This document shows positions 1 to 10,032 of a stretch of DNA of 64,000 nucleotides, piece by piece. The first letter of the stretch is position 1; each line of letters begins with the position of its first letter. The translations under genes and the position numbers were made by a program. Source of the stretch: Frankiales bacterium (GTDB taxonomy: Bacteria > Actinomycetota > Actinomycetes > JAFAQI01); assembly GCA_025980465.1 (NCBI GenBank), contig JAICXJ010000007.1, positions 12,641 to 76,640 on the forward strand, written 5' to 3'. The notes under the pieces were generated by a model. It saw only the letters and a list, made by a program, of their open reading frames with translations, did not search any database and had not been told where the DNA came from.

Positions 1-140
1 TGGCGATGCAGTCGGCTATTGCTATCTCCGCCGTCGTGCTGGTCGTCGCTCGTGCGGTCAACATCCTTCACTGAGCGGTCGCACGACACACGCGGCACGG
101 GTCCTGAACGCCGGCTCCGCGAGGAGCCGCAAGATGCTGG

Positions 141-845
141 TCACCCGCCTGCTGCGCCGACCGACTCCGTCAGCAGTCGAATATCCGCCGGCAACTCCGC
201 GCAGACGGTGGACGGCGCGGTCCAGCCAAGCGTCGTCAACGCGTGATACAGGTCAACGCGCGCTTGGATCACGTCACTGGCGCGGGCGAGCGTGACCGAT
301 GCCTCCAGACCCTGGGCGCTGCGCTCGAGCTCAACGGCCAGCGCATAGCGGCCGGCGCTGATGGCGAACGGTTGCTCTGGGGGTTGGCCGGTTGATGCCG
401 CGCCCGCCGGCCGCACCGACGGCGCCGCCGCTTCGAACCCCCGACGCTCTGCGGGCGCCTCGGTGAGGTCGGCAGCTACGCCCTCGGCCCCTGCCGCGCG
501 CGGCGATAGCAAGATGGTCACCCCGCCCCGACGACACCAGCGGCGCCAGGTCGTTGCTGTCAACGTCACCCGGCGGCTGCAGCTGGGACAGTTGGCGGAC
601 AGCATTCGGCGCGCCGTCGTCCAGTACGAGAACGCCTCGGCCGGTATTCCTCGATTGCAGTAGATGCAGGGCAACGCAACCAGGCGGCTGTCGACCTGCA
701 TAGGCAGAACAACCGACATTGGCGACGCGACACTGACGACGTAACTCGGCTCGGTGGATGCGCTCACGATTCCCTGCCTCATCCTCAGGCGCGGTGAGGT
801 GCACAGGGTCCGGACAGTCAGTCGCGCTGGTGCTGATCCTCGCAC
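141..845 (-). CDS. hypothetical protein with CxxC...CxxC zinc-ribbon-like motif (start uncertain, possibly internal Met near 719)
   Basis: ORF track 234 aa. Contains CIYCNRG...CPSCSRRV. No recognisable family. Codirectional with the downstream PRC-barrel gene. Confidence 0.3.
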   Translation of the reverse strand: MRGSAPARLTVRTLCTSPRLRMRQGIVSASTEPSYVVSVASPMSVVLPMQVDSRLVALPCIYCNRGIPAEAFSYWTTARRMLSANCPSCSRRVTLTATTWRRWCRRGGVTILLSPRAAGAEGVAADLTEAPAERRGFEAAAPSVRPAGAASTGQPPEQPFAISAGRYALAVELERSAQGLEASVTLARASDVIQARVDLYHALTTLGWTAPSTVCAELPADIRLLTESVGAAGG

Positions 846-905
846 GCGAACACGGTGACCGCAATGCCCTCGCCGAAATCGCCGGAGCGACGTTCGCCGC
901 GCGGG

Positions 906-1265
906 TCAGCGCCGGGCTAACCTGCGCTCGCCAGCGGCGCCCACGGTGTAGGGCACCTCATAGTGTGCATACACAGCCGGTTCTGCCGCCGCGGCGAGTT
1001 CGCCGTCGAGCTCAATAGCCGGAGCCTTGCGGGCGAGATTCTTGGAGCAGGTCACTCGGACGTGATCGGGCCCCACGGTGGCGTCGGCGAGCGGAACCAA
1101 TAGCAAGCGGCGCCGCCCAGGTAGGCCGGTCTGCACGGTTGCGAACGCCGGGTCGTCGGTTGCCGTATCCACGTAGACCGCCTCGAGGGAGCCGATCTTC
1201 TTACCGGCGGGATCGATGACGTCGTGACCACGCCAATCGCGGAGGTTTTCAGCGGGAAACATCAT
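906..1265 (-). CDS. PRC-barrel domain protein
   Basis: 119 aa. Motif HDVIDPAGKKIGSLEAVYVD...HVRVTCSK is typical of actinobacterial PRC-barrel proteins. Confidence 0.65.
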   Translation of the reverse strand: MMFPAENLRDWRGHDVIDPAGKKIGSLEAVYVDTATDDPAFATVQTGLPGRRRLLLVPLADATVGPDHVRVTCSKNLARKAPAIELDGELAAAAEPAVYAHYEVPYTVGAAGERRLARR

Positions 1266-1280
1266 GCCGGCAGCTCAGGC

Positions 1281-1478
1281 TCAGCGAGTAACAGTCCGCG
1301 CGCGCCTGGTGCCACGTCGCGCGACAAAGACCACGGAAACGAGGAAGATCGCGATTCCGATGAACAGTAGGAACAACATCCCTTTGGCCACAACACCAAT
1401 CAGCCCAAGTACGACGGCAATGAGCAACAACAACAAGAAAACAGCCATCGAGTACCTCCCGACTGCCTGGTAGCGCAA
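1281..1478 (-). CDS. small hydrophobic membrane protein
   Basis: 65 aa, almost entirely hydrophobic (two predicted TM helices) with a basic C-terminus. Lies 15 nt upstream of the PRC-barrel gene on the same strand. Confidence 0.4.
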   Translation of the reverse strand: MRYQAVGRYSMAVFLLLLLIAVVLGLIGVVAKGMLFLLFIGIAIFLVSVVFVARRGTRRARTVTR

Positions 1479-1580
1479 AAGCGGCAGCTCAGTTATTCCC
1501 TCGGCAGCCCCGCGTAATCAGAGCATCGGTCAGCTCAGGCGATCGAGTGGGGCATGGACTCAGAGCCGGTCGACATTCGT

Positions 1581-1865
1581 TCATCCGAGGCGCCCAACCC
1601 GGATCGTGATGATGACCAAGAAGGCAATGCCGAGCACGCGACGAAACCAATTGGAGCCGTGAACGAGCTCCTCGTAGGCCCAGACGGTCATCGCCAGATA
1701 CGACACCGAGGTCAGGTAAGGGCGACCTGCTGCGGCCACGACGTGGCTGGCCAAGCCAGCACCGAACGCCGTAATGAGCGGGAGGTTCGGAAACTGGATG
1801 ATCTGAAAATGCGGCGGAAAGCCAAGCGTGGTGAGCCGTAGAAACGCCTGCCGGCCACGCCGAAC
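1581..1865 (-). CDS. possible small 2-TM membrane protein (start uncertain)
   Basis: C-terminal 70 aa of ORF 1581..2069 is strongly hydrophobic (LPLITAFGAGLASHVVAAAG...VLGIAFLVIITI). The upstream part of the ORF overlaps the NYN gene stop, so I assume an internal GTG start. Confidence 0.25.
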   Translation of the reverse strand, partial: VRRGRQAFLRLTTLGFPPHFQIIQFPNLPLITAFGAGLASHVVAAAGRPYLTSVSYLAMTVWAYEELVHGSNWFRRVLGIAFLVIITIRVGRLG

Positions 1866-1906
1866 GAGGTGACCTTCCGGAGCCGCCGGTTCTCGCCACG
1901 ACGTAG

Positions 1907-2752
1907 TCACTTCAAGCGCACCGACACAGTTCTGTTCACGCTGCGGGTCTCGACGACGTCGGAATGAGCTGACAGGAATGCCTGAAAGGACTTGTGACCA
2001 TCGTCCTTCTCGTCGAACGTCCCATCGAGGCGCAACATCTGGTTTTTCAACGACGAGGCGTCGACCCACTCGTCGGTGCCCTTCTCCGCCTGTAAGCCCA
2101 TCGCGCGCCGAAGGAGTCGGACGGCCGGCTGCTGGGTCGCCTTCTTCGCCCCGGCTTTCGTCGCCGCGGCCTTCTTCGCCGTGGGCGTGCTGACCGTGAC
2201 CCCCGGCAGCGCGTCGTAGAACCGGAAGACGTCACAAGCGGACTGCCAATAGCGACCGACGGACCGAGCCGCGCCCACTCCGATCACTGTGCGCCCCAGC
2301 CGCTTGCACCGCTGGGCGAGCGAGACGTAGTCGGAGTCCCCCGCCACGATCAGGACGTGATTGATGTAGTCATAGCGCGACAGGTCGTCGATAACGTCGA
2401 TGGCGAGGCGGATGTCGGCGCCGTTCTTGCTGCCGGACAGCGGGAACATCTGAACCAGGTCGATCGATGACTGAGTGGTGTCCCTGCGATAAGCCCGGTT
2501 CGCGGGCGCTGACCAGTCCGCGTAGGCCCGTGAGATTGAGACGGTCCCAAACGACACCGCGTAGTCAAAGATCGCACCGAGATCGACGTGTGCCTCCTCG
2601 AGCTTCGCTACGACCGCGTCGGAGGGATTCATCCCACCCGCGGAGTCGTTGTGGAACGCCCGCTCACCGTGAAGCTCGTCATACCGCGAGATGACGATGT
2701 TGTCGAAATCGATATAGACGGCGACATGACCGGTCGCCTCACGTTGAGTCAT
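1907..2752 (-). CDS. NYN (LabA-like) domain protein with C-terminal OST-HTH/LOTUS-like domain
   Basis: 281 aa. N-terminal VAVYIDFDNI...IRLAIDVIDD...VLIVAGDSDYVSLAQRCKRLGRTVIGVG is the NYN/LabA signature. A C-terminal basic linker and helical domain follow. Confidence 0.7.
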   Translation of the reverse strand: MTQREATGHVAVYIDFDNIVISRYDELHGERAFHNDSAGGMNPSDAVVAKLEEAHVDLGAIFDYAVSFGTVSISRAYADWSAPANRAYRRDTTQSSIDLVQMFPLSGSKNGADIRLAIDVIDDLSRYDYINHVLIVAGDSDYVSLAQRCKRLGRTVIGVGAARSVGRYWQSACDVFRFYDALPGVTVSTPTAKKAAATKAGAKKATQQPAVRLLRRAMGLQAEKGTDEWVDASSLKNQMLRLDGTFDEKDDGHKSFQAFLSAHSDVVETRSVNRTVSVRLK

Positions 2753-2758
2753 CGACGA

Positions 2759-4039
2759 CTACGCCCGCTGCTTCAGGTAGTCGCGATAGCCCTCCGCCGC
2801 CGCTCGCAGCTCTGGATCGGCCGCGAACCTTGGCTCGTAGGCCTTCCAGGCGGCTTCGCGCTTCGCCGGGAGGTACTCGGTCGGCCAGTATCCATCGTGC
2901 GGGCGGTAGTCCGCGAGCACTCGCCGGGCCACGGTCACCTTGTGCACCTCGTCGACACCATCGGCGATTCCCATCGTCGGAGCCGCGGCGTAGATCTCCT
3001 GGATCGGCGTCAGGTCAGTAGTGCCGAGTGAGCCCAGGATGTGCAACGCATTGAACGACACCTCCCGCAGCACCTTGGCCATCGTGAACTTCACCGTCGC
3101 GATATCGAGGCGTGCCTCCTGCGTCGACGTGTTATCGATCTTCCAGGCCGTCTCGAGCACCAGCAACCGCAACATCCGGATTGCCGCGTACGAGTCGGCG
3201 ATTCGCTCCTGCACCATCTGATGCTCGCCGATGACCCTGCCGTGCGACTCACGGCTCAACGCCCGCTCGCACATCATGTCGAAGGCCAGCTTGCACTGTG
3301 CGATCGTTCGCATCGCATGATGGATTCGCCCGCCACCCAGCCGTCGCTGGGCGAGGATCTTCGCGCCGTCCTCCGGCCCGAGCAAGTGATCGAGGGGCAC
3401 AACGACATCGCGGTAGATGATGTGGTTGTGGTTGCGCGGCTCCGGCTGGATCTCGACCCCCGGCGTATCTCGAGGGACGACGAACATGCCGTTCGTGCAC
3501 ATCACGAACAAGATGTCCGCGACCCGGCCGGCACTCGTGAACCACTTCTCGCCGTTGATCACCCAAGTCTCGCCGTCGCGGGAGGCGTGGGTCTTGAACA
3601 GGTTGGGATCGGAGCCGCCTTGCGGCTCGGTCATTGAGTACGCCGAGAACATCTCCTGGTTGAGCAGCGGCTTGAGCCACCGCTCCTTCTGTTCCTCGGT
3701 GCCATACGCCGCAAGCATTTCCATGTTTCCGGTGTCCGGAGCCGCCGCGCCGAACAACTGAGGGGCAGCGGGGTACCGGCCGATGATCTCGTTGACGAGC
3801 GCGAGCTTCAGCTGGCCGTAGCCCGGACCGCCGAGCTCCTCGTCGAGGAACAGCGCCCACAGTCCCTGTGCCTTGATCTGGTCCTGCAGGTCCCTGACCA
3901 GTTCCCGAACCTTCGGGATCGGCACCCGAACCGCGTGCGGGAACACGAAGCCGAGCGGCTCGACCTCGCGCTTGCAGAAGTCCTCGATCCAGTCAAGCTT
4001 CTCCTGAAACTCCGGTTCAGTGGAGAAGTCCCACGCCAT
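2759..4039 (-). CDS. acyl-CoA dehydrogenase family protein
   Basis: 426 aa. ACAD motifs include YSMTEPQGGSDP and WVINGEKWFTS, with a C-terminal helical domain. Confidence 0.85.
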   Translation of the reverse strand: MAWDFSTEPEFQEKLDWIEDFCKREVEPLGFVFPHAVRVPIPKVRELVRDLQDQIKAQGLWALFLDEELGGPGYGQLKLALVNEIIGRYPAAPQLFGAAAPDTGNMEMLAAYGTEEQKERWLKPLLNQEMFSAYSMTEPQGGSDPNLFKTHASRDGETWVINGEKWFTSAGRVADILFVMCTNGMFVVPRDTPGVEIQPEPRNHNHIIYRDVVVPLDHLLGPEDGAKILAQRRLGGGRIHHAMRTIAQCKLAFDMMCERALSRESHGRVIGEHQMVQERIADSYAAIRMLRLLVLETAWKIDNTSTQEARLDIATVKFTMAKVLREVSFNALHILGSLGTTDLTPIQEIYAAAPTMGIADGVDEVHKVTVARRVLADYRPHDGYWPTEYLPAKREAAWKAYEPRFAADPELRAAAEGYRDYLKQRA

Positions 4040-4233
4040 TTCGCACCAGCCTCCGGGTAGCCCACGTCCGACGCAGTTGAATCTAGGGCGAGACCGGCCT
4101 GCACGCCGCGCCGCCCCGCGAGCACGCGAGAGTCGATACGTTAGGGCCGGCCGCTGGGGGACGCCATGCCCGACGTTCCTCGCTACCGCTTCGGCTGCTC
4201 GCTTCTCGGCCGAACGGAGATCCGGAGGATCCG

Positions 4234-4851
4234 ATGGGCATGTACAGCGAGCGGGTTGTCCCGCACATCATCAACTTCGCCTGCGGCATGAAGGTCGCGA
4301 GGGAACACCGCGAACGCGTGTGCAGCCACCTCGACGGCCGGGTCGTCGAGATCGGTTTCGGCTCCGGGCTGAACGTCCCGTACTACCCCGAGGCCACTAC
4401 CGAAATCGCCGCGGTCGAGCCCTCGGACGTCGGCTGGAAGATCGCAAGCAAGCGAGTCGCGCGCTCGACCGTACCGGTGACCCGGTCCGGGCTCGACGGT
4501 CAGAACCTGCCGTTCGCTGATGCCAGCTTCGACGCGGCGCTGTCGACCTGGACGTTGTGCACAATCCCCGACGTCGACGCGGCGCTTGCCGAAGTCAGGC
4601 GGGTACTGCGCCCCGGCGGGACCCTGCATTTCGTCGAACACGGCTTGTCACCCGACGCCAAGGTGCAGCGGGCACAGCAGCGCTTCGAGCCGATGCAGAA
4701 ACGACTGTTCGCGGGCTGCCATCTCACCCGCCGCATCGACGACCTGATCTCCGCGGCCGGATTCACCATCACCGAGCTCGACACGTTCTACGAGAAGGGC
4801 GCGCCGAAGATTCTCGGCTGGGACTACCTGGGTATCGCGGTCTCGCCTTAG
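4234..4851 (+). CDS. class I SAM-dependent methyltransferase (Methyltransf_11-like)
   Basis: 205 aa. VVEIGFGSGLN glycine-rich SAM motif and LRPGGTLHFVEH. Confidence 0.8.
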   Translation: MGMYSERVVPHIINFACGMKVAREHRERVCSHLDGRVVEIGFGSGLNVPYYPEATTEIAAVEPSDVGWKIASKRVARSTVPVTRSGLDGQNLPFADASFDAALSTWTLCTIPDVDAALAEVRRVLRPGGTLHFVEHGLSPDAKVQRAQQRFEPMQKRLFAGCHLTRRIDDLISAAGFTITELDTFYEKGAPKILGWDYLGIAVSP

Positions 4852-4917
4852 CGGCCGTGATGGCCGCCGGACTCAAGATCGTTTGCGGTAGCCGCAGCGG
4901 GGAATCTCGCAGGCACG

Positions 4918-5445
4918 ATGTCGAACACGATCGAGCGGCTCAGCGCCGACCGGCCGCAAACGGAGCGGTTGGACCGGGTCGGCGTATGGATTCGGCGCGG
5001 CGGTGTATGCGTCCTCCTCGCTGTTGTCGTGATCGCGCTGCTCAACGTGGTGGGCCAACGAGCGAGCACATCCACCGCGTCCAGTCCTGAGGCGTCGTTG
5101 ACCGTGCGCGCACCGAAGGCGGTCCGTTCCGGTCTGCTGTTCCAGGGTCGGTTCGCGGTCACCGCGCACCGGCCGTTGTCCAACGTGCAGCTCGTCCTCG
5201 GTCGGGGCTGGATCGACGGGCTGACGATGAACACCGAGGAGCCAGCGGCCTCGACTGAGACCAGCGGTCCGAACGGATCCCTCGTCTTCGCTCTCGGCTC
5301 GTTGAAGGCCGGCCAGACCTTCGTGCAGTACCTGGAGTATCAGGTCAACCCGACCAGCATCGGCGGCCGCAACCAGTACGTCGGGCTACGCAGCGGCAAT
5401 ACCGACCTCATCTCGATGAACCACCACATGACGATCGTGCCTTAG
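4918..5445 (+). CDS. hypothetical membrane-anchored protein
   Basis: 175 aa with a single N-terminal TM (VCVLLAVVVIALLNVV) followed by a Ser/Thr-rich and beta-rich ectodomain. No family recognised. Confidence 0.4.
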   Translation: MSNTIERLSADRPQTERLDRVGVWIRRGGVCVLLAVVVIALLNVVGQRASTSTASSPEASLTVRAPKAVRSGLLFQGRFAVTAHRPLSNVQLVLGRGWIDGLTMNTEEPAASTETSGPNGSLVFALGSLKAGQTFVQYLEYQVNPTSIGGRNQYVGLRSGNTDLISMNHHMTIVP

Positions 5446-5456
5446 GAGGGCTGGAC

Positions 5457-5906
5457 ATGGACCTTGCGATCCGTGCCATCGTGCTCTACCTGTTCGTCAC
5501 CTTCGTGATGCGAGCCGTCGGGCGACGCGAGCTGTCATCACTGACACCGGTCGACCTGGTGCTGCTCATCGTGATGGGTGACGCCATCCAGCAGGGGCTC
5601 ACCCAGGACGACTACTCGGTCAGCGGCGCAGTGATAGTGGTGTCGACCTTCGCGGTGCTGCAGGTGTTCAGCGCCTGGCTCGGGTTTCGGTCGCACAAAT
5701 TCCGTGTGGTGCTGGAGGGCCGGCCGGTCGTCCTCATCGACAACGGCGAGCTGGTTGATCCCAACCTGCGGCGGCAACGGCTGACCACTGACGATCTGGC
5801 CGAGGAGATGCGGCAACAACAGATCGCGAGCTTCGACGATGTCGAGTGGGCGATTCTGGAGGCCAACGGCCGGATCAGCTTCATCGAGAAGTCGCCCAGC
5901 AACTGA
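5457..5906 (+). CDS. DUF421 (YetF-like) membrane protein
   Basis: 149 aa. Motif MGDAIQQG plus C-terminal DDLAEEMRQQQI..DDVEWAILEANGRISFI is typical of DUF421. Preceded by GGAGGG RBS. Confidence 0.7.
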   Translation: MDLAIRAIVLYLFVTFVMRAVGRRELSSLTPVDLVLLIVMGDAIQQGLTQDDYSVSGAVIVVSTFAVLQVFSAWLGFRSHKFRVVLEGRPVVLIDNGELVDPNLRRQRLTTDDLAEEMRQQQIASFDDVEWAILEANGRISFIEKSPSN

Positions 5907-6089
5907 CTGCGCGGCCGGCACTGGGTGCATACCGCACTAATCCCGCGCAAACCGACCGGTCAAGTCCGGACATCGAATAGATGGTCATTCGGAGTTCGGA
6001 AAAACGCGACGGGCGACGGAATCCAACGGCTACGTTGTGAATCCGATCGAATGTAGCTGCGCGTCGTAGACGCAGCCCGGGAGGCTGAT

Positions 6090-6458
6090 GTGATCACCGC
6101 GCTGATCGTTGACGACGAGAGCGACATCCGGATGCTGATCCGGATGATCGTGGAGACGGCGAACAACGGTCTCGCGGTTTCGGGCGAGGCGGCCGATGGC
6201 GACGAGGCGCTTCAGATGTGGCGCTCCGACCACCCGGTCGTCGTCATCCTCGACAACCGCATGCCGGGGCTGACCGGCCTCGAGGTGGCTGAACAGATGC
6301 TCGCCGAGGAGCCCGACCAGTCGATCATTCTGTTCTCGGCCTATCTCGATACCGAAACCATCAATCACGCGAGCCGCATCGGGATCAAGCGCTGTCTCGA
6401 CAAGACGCGCATCGATCAGTTGCCTGGTGAGATGTGGGCGCTGGCGAAGTCGGCCTGA
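6090..6458 (+). CDS. single-domain response regulator (CheY-like receiver, no output domain)
   Basis: 122 aa. ALIVDDESDIRML...VVILDNRMPGLTGLEVAEQM contains the DD, D and T/K receiver residues. Its end overlaps the next histidine kinase by 25 nt. Confidence 0.8.
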   Translation: MITALIVDDESDIRMLIRMIVETANNGLAVSGEAADGDEALQMWRSDHPVVVILDNRMPGLTGLEVAEQMLAEEPDQSIILFSAYLDTETINHASRIGIKRCLDKTRIDQLPGEMWALAKSA

Positions 6459-8419
6459 ACCGCGCCGCCGTTGGGCTGCTGCTGGCCGGCGCGGTAGCCG
6501 CGGGCGGTGCAGGATCGGCGATCGTGGTGCAGCATCGGGCGGACGCCCAGCGCTCCCACAACCTCCACACCGCTCAGGCAGCACTCACCCAATCGCTTCA
6601 CACCCGAATCGGTCGAGCCGCTGCTCGCGCGGAGCAGTACGCCAACGAACTGCCACAGCTTGCGGCGACGCGACCGGCGGACATGCTCGCGGCCGCTCCG
6701 CACACCGATGTCACATCGCTGACGATCACCGGTCCCATGCTCCCGCTTCGCGTTGTCGCCGGCGCCAGGCTGCCGGCCGCGCTCACCGGTACCGGCCGCT
6801 ACCTGCAAGATGCCGCCCTCGTCGCACGCGACAGCGCGGCGCCGATCGCGGTGGTCACCCGATCGGGCTCGTCGCAGTACGTCGTCGTGCTCTGGCCGCT
6901 GTACCGAACGGCGGTCCCCGCCGACACCCAGATGCGGCGAAGCGCGTCGGCGGGCTGGGTCGTCGGCTCCGCGTCGATCGCGGACTTCCTCGCTCCGGTG
7001 GCGACGGCCGAGCACGCCTTCGGCGCGACCATCGCAGTCAGAGTGACTCCCGCCGGCCCGGCAGCCATCGCGACGACGCTGCGGGGCGGCCTCAATGTCC
7101 GAGTGACGTCGGTTCCGGCGCCGTCGCGACTAGGCGTCCTTCTCCTGGCGCTGCTCACTGTCCTGGCCTGTGGCGGAATCCTCGGCTTCACTGCGCTCAT
7201 TCGGCGACGTGACCTCGATATGGCCCGTCGGCAGCGGGCGCTCGACGAGCAGGTCACACTCGTCACGGAGATCAGCGTCACCATTCAGGAAAGCCTCGAC
7301 GTCGGCGTCGTCCTGCCGGCGGTGCTGGCCCAGATCAGCCAGCGGCTGGAGCTGCTGTGGATCCGAATCGTCGTCGGCCCGAATGATGCCGGCGTCGAGC
7401 TGCTCGCGATCGGCCGCCGCCACTCACGCCTGCCGGCGCAACGGTGGTCGCCCGATGCGACGACCGCCTCCGCAGGCCAGCTGGTGCGGCTCCCGCTGCG
7501 GCGCGCGACCCGCACCCTCGGGCACCTCGAGCTCGCACCAAGCGCGGCGCTGGACGAGTATCAGGTGGCGAGTCTCCGGCAGTGCACGGACCTCCTGGCG
7601 GGCGCGCTGCACAACGCGGAGCTCTACGAGCGCGAACATGAGTCGGTCCGCCGGCTGCGCGATCTCGATGCGCTCAAGGATGACTTCCTCGGAACGGTTT
7701 CGCACGAACTGCGCACTCCGCTGAGCGTCCTCACCGGATCTGTGTCACTGCTCACCGACGCGTGGGAGCGATTGCCGGACGAGTCTCGGCGTACCACGGT
7801 CGCGAAGATGCAGCCGCATGTCGCATCGCTCGCCAACCTCGTCAACGACCTGCTCGACTTCATCAGTGACCGGCGGGCCGCTACCACCGCTTCCCTGTCA
7901 CAGGTGCAGTTGGACCGCGAGATCCAGCAGTTGGCGGAACTGCTGCGGCCCCTGGTTCACCGCCAGGACCTACAGGTGGTCGCGCCAGAACCGGTCACCG
8001 CATGGACCGATGTTCGCGGTCTCGAGCGGATCATCGGCAACCTCGTGAGCAACGCCGGCAAGTACTCGCCGGAGGGGACGACGATCCGCGTCGACGTACG
8101 ACAAGGCCCTCACGACACCACCGTCTCGGTGTGTGACGAGGGTCCCGGAATCCGGCCGGAGGATCGCGAGCGGATCTTCGAGCGGTTCTACCGCGGGGAC
8201 AGCCAGGCGGCTCGCTCCACCCGCGGATCCGGCATCGGACTGGCGGTGGCGATGACCTGGATGCAAGCGGTCGGCGCCCGCCTCGAGGTGCGAACGGCGC
8301 TCGGGCGCGGCACGACGATGGCCGTTCACTTCCCGAGCAGCCAAGGCGCCAGCGTCGACGGCGCGGGGACCGTCACGTGGCACACCGTTGAAGCGGCGGA
8401 AGAGGAGCTCGTGCGATGA
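6434..8419 (+). CDS. sensor histidine kinase (TM - extracytoplasmic sensor - TM - GAF-like - HisKA - HATPase_c)
   Basis: 661 aa. H-box FLGTVSHELRTPLSVL. N/G boxes NLVSNAGKYSP...CDEGPGI...GSGIGLAV. Two TM segments flank an approximately 200 aa sensor domain. Confidence 0.85.
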   Translation: MGAGEVGLNRAAVGLLLAGAVAAGGAGSAIVVQHRADAQRSHNLHTAQAALTQSLHTRIGRAAARAEQYANELPQLAATRPADMLAAAPHTDVTSLTITGPMLPLRVVAGARLPAALTGTGRYLQDAALVARDSAAPIAVVTRSGSSQYVVVLWPLYRTAVPADTQMRRSASAGWVVGSASIADFLAPVATAEHAFGATIAVRVTPAGPAAIATTLRGGLNVRVTSVPAPSRLGVLLLALLTVLACGGILGFTALIRRRDLDMARRQRALDEQVTLVTEISVTIQESLDVGVVLPAVLAQISQRLELLWIRIVVGPNDAGVELLAIGRRHSRLPAQRWSPDATTASAGQLVRLPLRRATRTLGHLELAPSAALDEYQVASLRQCTDLLAGALHNAELYEREHESVRRLRDLDALKDDFLGTVSHELRTPLSVLTGSVSLLTDAWERLPDESRRTTVAKMQPHVASLANLVNDLLDFISDRRAATTASLSQVQLDREIQQLAELLRPLVHRQDLQVVAPEPVTAWTDVRGLERIIGNLVSNAGKYSPEGTTIRVDVRQGPHDTTVSVCDEGPGIRPEDRERIFERFYRGDSQAARSTRGSGIGLAVAMTWMQAVGARLEVRTALGRGTTMAVHFPSSQGASVDGAGTVTWHTVEAAEEELVR

Positions 8420-10032
8420 GACGGCGAAGTGACTTCCTGACGGTTGCCGTAGCTGTCGTCGCGATCCTGGCGGTCGGGGCGCTCGTCGTCGCGGCAGTCG
8501 TCGATGCGCGCAATGCCGGAAAGCGACGGCTCGGGCAGCTCCAGGTGACCGAGGTGCAACAGCTGGCCCGCAGCATGGACACCCGCATCAATCAGTCGTA
8601 CAGCTCCTTTGAGGGGTTGCTGACTCCGCCGTACCACGCGACGCTGCGCAACCGGTCCGACGCCAAACGACTCGAACAGCTGCAGGCGTTGAGCCCGAAG
8701 GCGACGACCGGGCTGGTGTTGGTCAACCGCAACGGTGTCGTGGTGAACGGCACGTTGTTGCGTGATCCGTCGGTCATCGGCAAACGGCTCAACCGGCCCG
8801 GTCTGGCAGGCGTGCTTGCCGGCAAGCCCGCGGTGCTCAACGTCGCGCCGGGTATCACCACGGCTCTGCCGACCATCGCCCTCGCTTACCCGCTGAGGAG
8901 CGCGTCGGGAGCGCTCGAGGGAGCGTTCGTGGCCGAAGAAGAAGTCTCGCCGACCTCGCAGTTCAACCAGGAGGTCGCGCCGCTCGCAGGCACGAACCAT
9001 GCCCAGTTCGCCTTCGTTGACAGCAGCAACACCGTCGTGGCGTCCAACGACACCAGCGCTATCGGCCGCCGTCTGAGCGATCCCCTCGTCGGGACCCGTT
9101 ACGGGCTCGCGCGCGGACACGGCGAGGTCGCCGTGGTCGAGCCCGTTCCGGCAGCCGGCTGGCGGGCGGTGTTCACCCAGCCGAGCAACGACTTCGACGG
9201 CAGCCTGACCAGCCCGCTGCGTTCCGCCCTGGTCTACCTGGCGCTGCTCACCATCGCGATCGCCGGGCTGATCGCCCTCATCCTGCTTCGCCGGCTGGCT
9301 CGTGCCCGCGAGGAGCAGCGGCGGCTCAACCAGCTGGGCGCTGACCGCGAGGAGTTCATCAGCATCGTCAGCCACGAGCTGCGCACGCCGGTCGTCGGAC
9401 TGCTCGGCTTCCTGCAGACGACTCTCGATCACTGGGAGCGGATGGACGACGCCTCCCGCCGACAGTCGGTCTCACGGGCCTGGGCGAATGCCTCACGGCT
9501 GTACTCGCTGAGTCGTGACGTCCTGGACTCGACCAGCCTCGAGACCGGCCATCTCACCTACCAGCGTGAGGTGATCGACCTGCGCGATGCCATGACGACG
9601 GCGATCGCGGCAGCGCGTGAGCTCTCACCGGACCGCGAGATCGCGCTGGAGGTCGGGGATGAGCCGTTGTGGGTCGACGGTGACCAGGAGCGTCTGCAGC
9701 AGGTCCTCAACAACCTCCTCGACAACGCGGCCAAGGCATCGCCGCCCGACGGGCCGATCGTGGTGAAGGCGCTACGCCGAGGGGCGCGCGTGATCCTCAC
9801 CGTGCACGACAGCGGTCCCGGCCTGTCACACGAGGACCTCAGGCGGGCGTTCGAGAAGTTCGTCCGCGGCCGGGGCAACCGCACCGTCGGCACCGGACTC
9901 GGTCTGTTCATCTCGCAGCAGATCATCTCGGCTCACGCCGGCACGATTTCCGCGGCCAACGCGCACGATGGCGGCGCGATCTTCACCGTCGAGCTCCCCA
10001 TGGCCAGCCGGCCCGTTGGCATTGGCAGCTGA
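8416..10032 (+). CDS. sensor histidine kinase (TM - approximately 250 aa extracytoplasmic domain - TM - HisKA - HATPase_c)
   Basis: 538 aa. Start ATGA-overlaps the stop of the first kinase. H-box FISIVSHELRTPVVGL. LNNLLDNAAKAS...HDSGPGL...GTGLGLFI. Confidence 0.85.
   Translation: MRRRSDFLTVAVAVVAILAVGALVVAAVVDARNAGKRRLGQLQVTEVQQLARSMDTRINQSYSSFEGLLTPPYHATLRNRSDAKRLEQLQALSPKATTGLVLVNRNGVVVNGTLLRDPSVIGKRLNRPGLAGVLAGKPAVLNVAPGITTALPTIALAYPLRSASGALEGAFVAEEEVSPTSQFNQEVAPLAGTNHAQFAFVDSSNTVVASNDTSAIGRRLSDPLVGTRYGLARGHGEVAVVEPVPAAGWRAVFTQPSNDFDGSLTSPLRSALVYLALLTIAIAGLIALILLRRLARAREEQRRLNQLGADREEFISIVSHELRTPVVGLLGFLQTTLDHWERMDDASRRQSVSRAWANASRLYSLSRDVLDSTSLETGHLTYQREVIDLRDAMTTAIAAARELSPDREIALEVGDEPLWVDGDQERLQQVLNNLLDNAAKASPPDGPIVVKALRRGARVILTVHDSGPGLSHEDLRRAFEKFVRGRGNRTVGTGLGLFISQQIISAHAGTISAANAHDGGAIFTVELPMASRPVGIGS

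Noticed and set aside
4040-4233. Plus-strand ORF 4020..4520 (166 aa) overlapping the acyl-CoA dehydrogenase/methyltransferase intergenic region
   Set aside because: Arg/Pro-rich low-complexity translation that overlaps the start of the well-supported methyltransferase gene in another frame. Treated as non-coding promoter region.
5907-6089. Several short inverted repeats (for example GCTGCG-N9-CGCAGC at about 6064-6084) upstream of the first receiver gene
   Set aside because: Stems are only 6 bp in GC-rich DNA and expected by chance. No extended or AT-rich operator-like symmetry.
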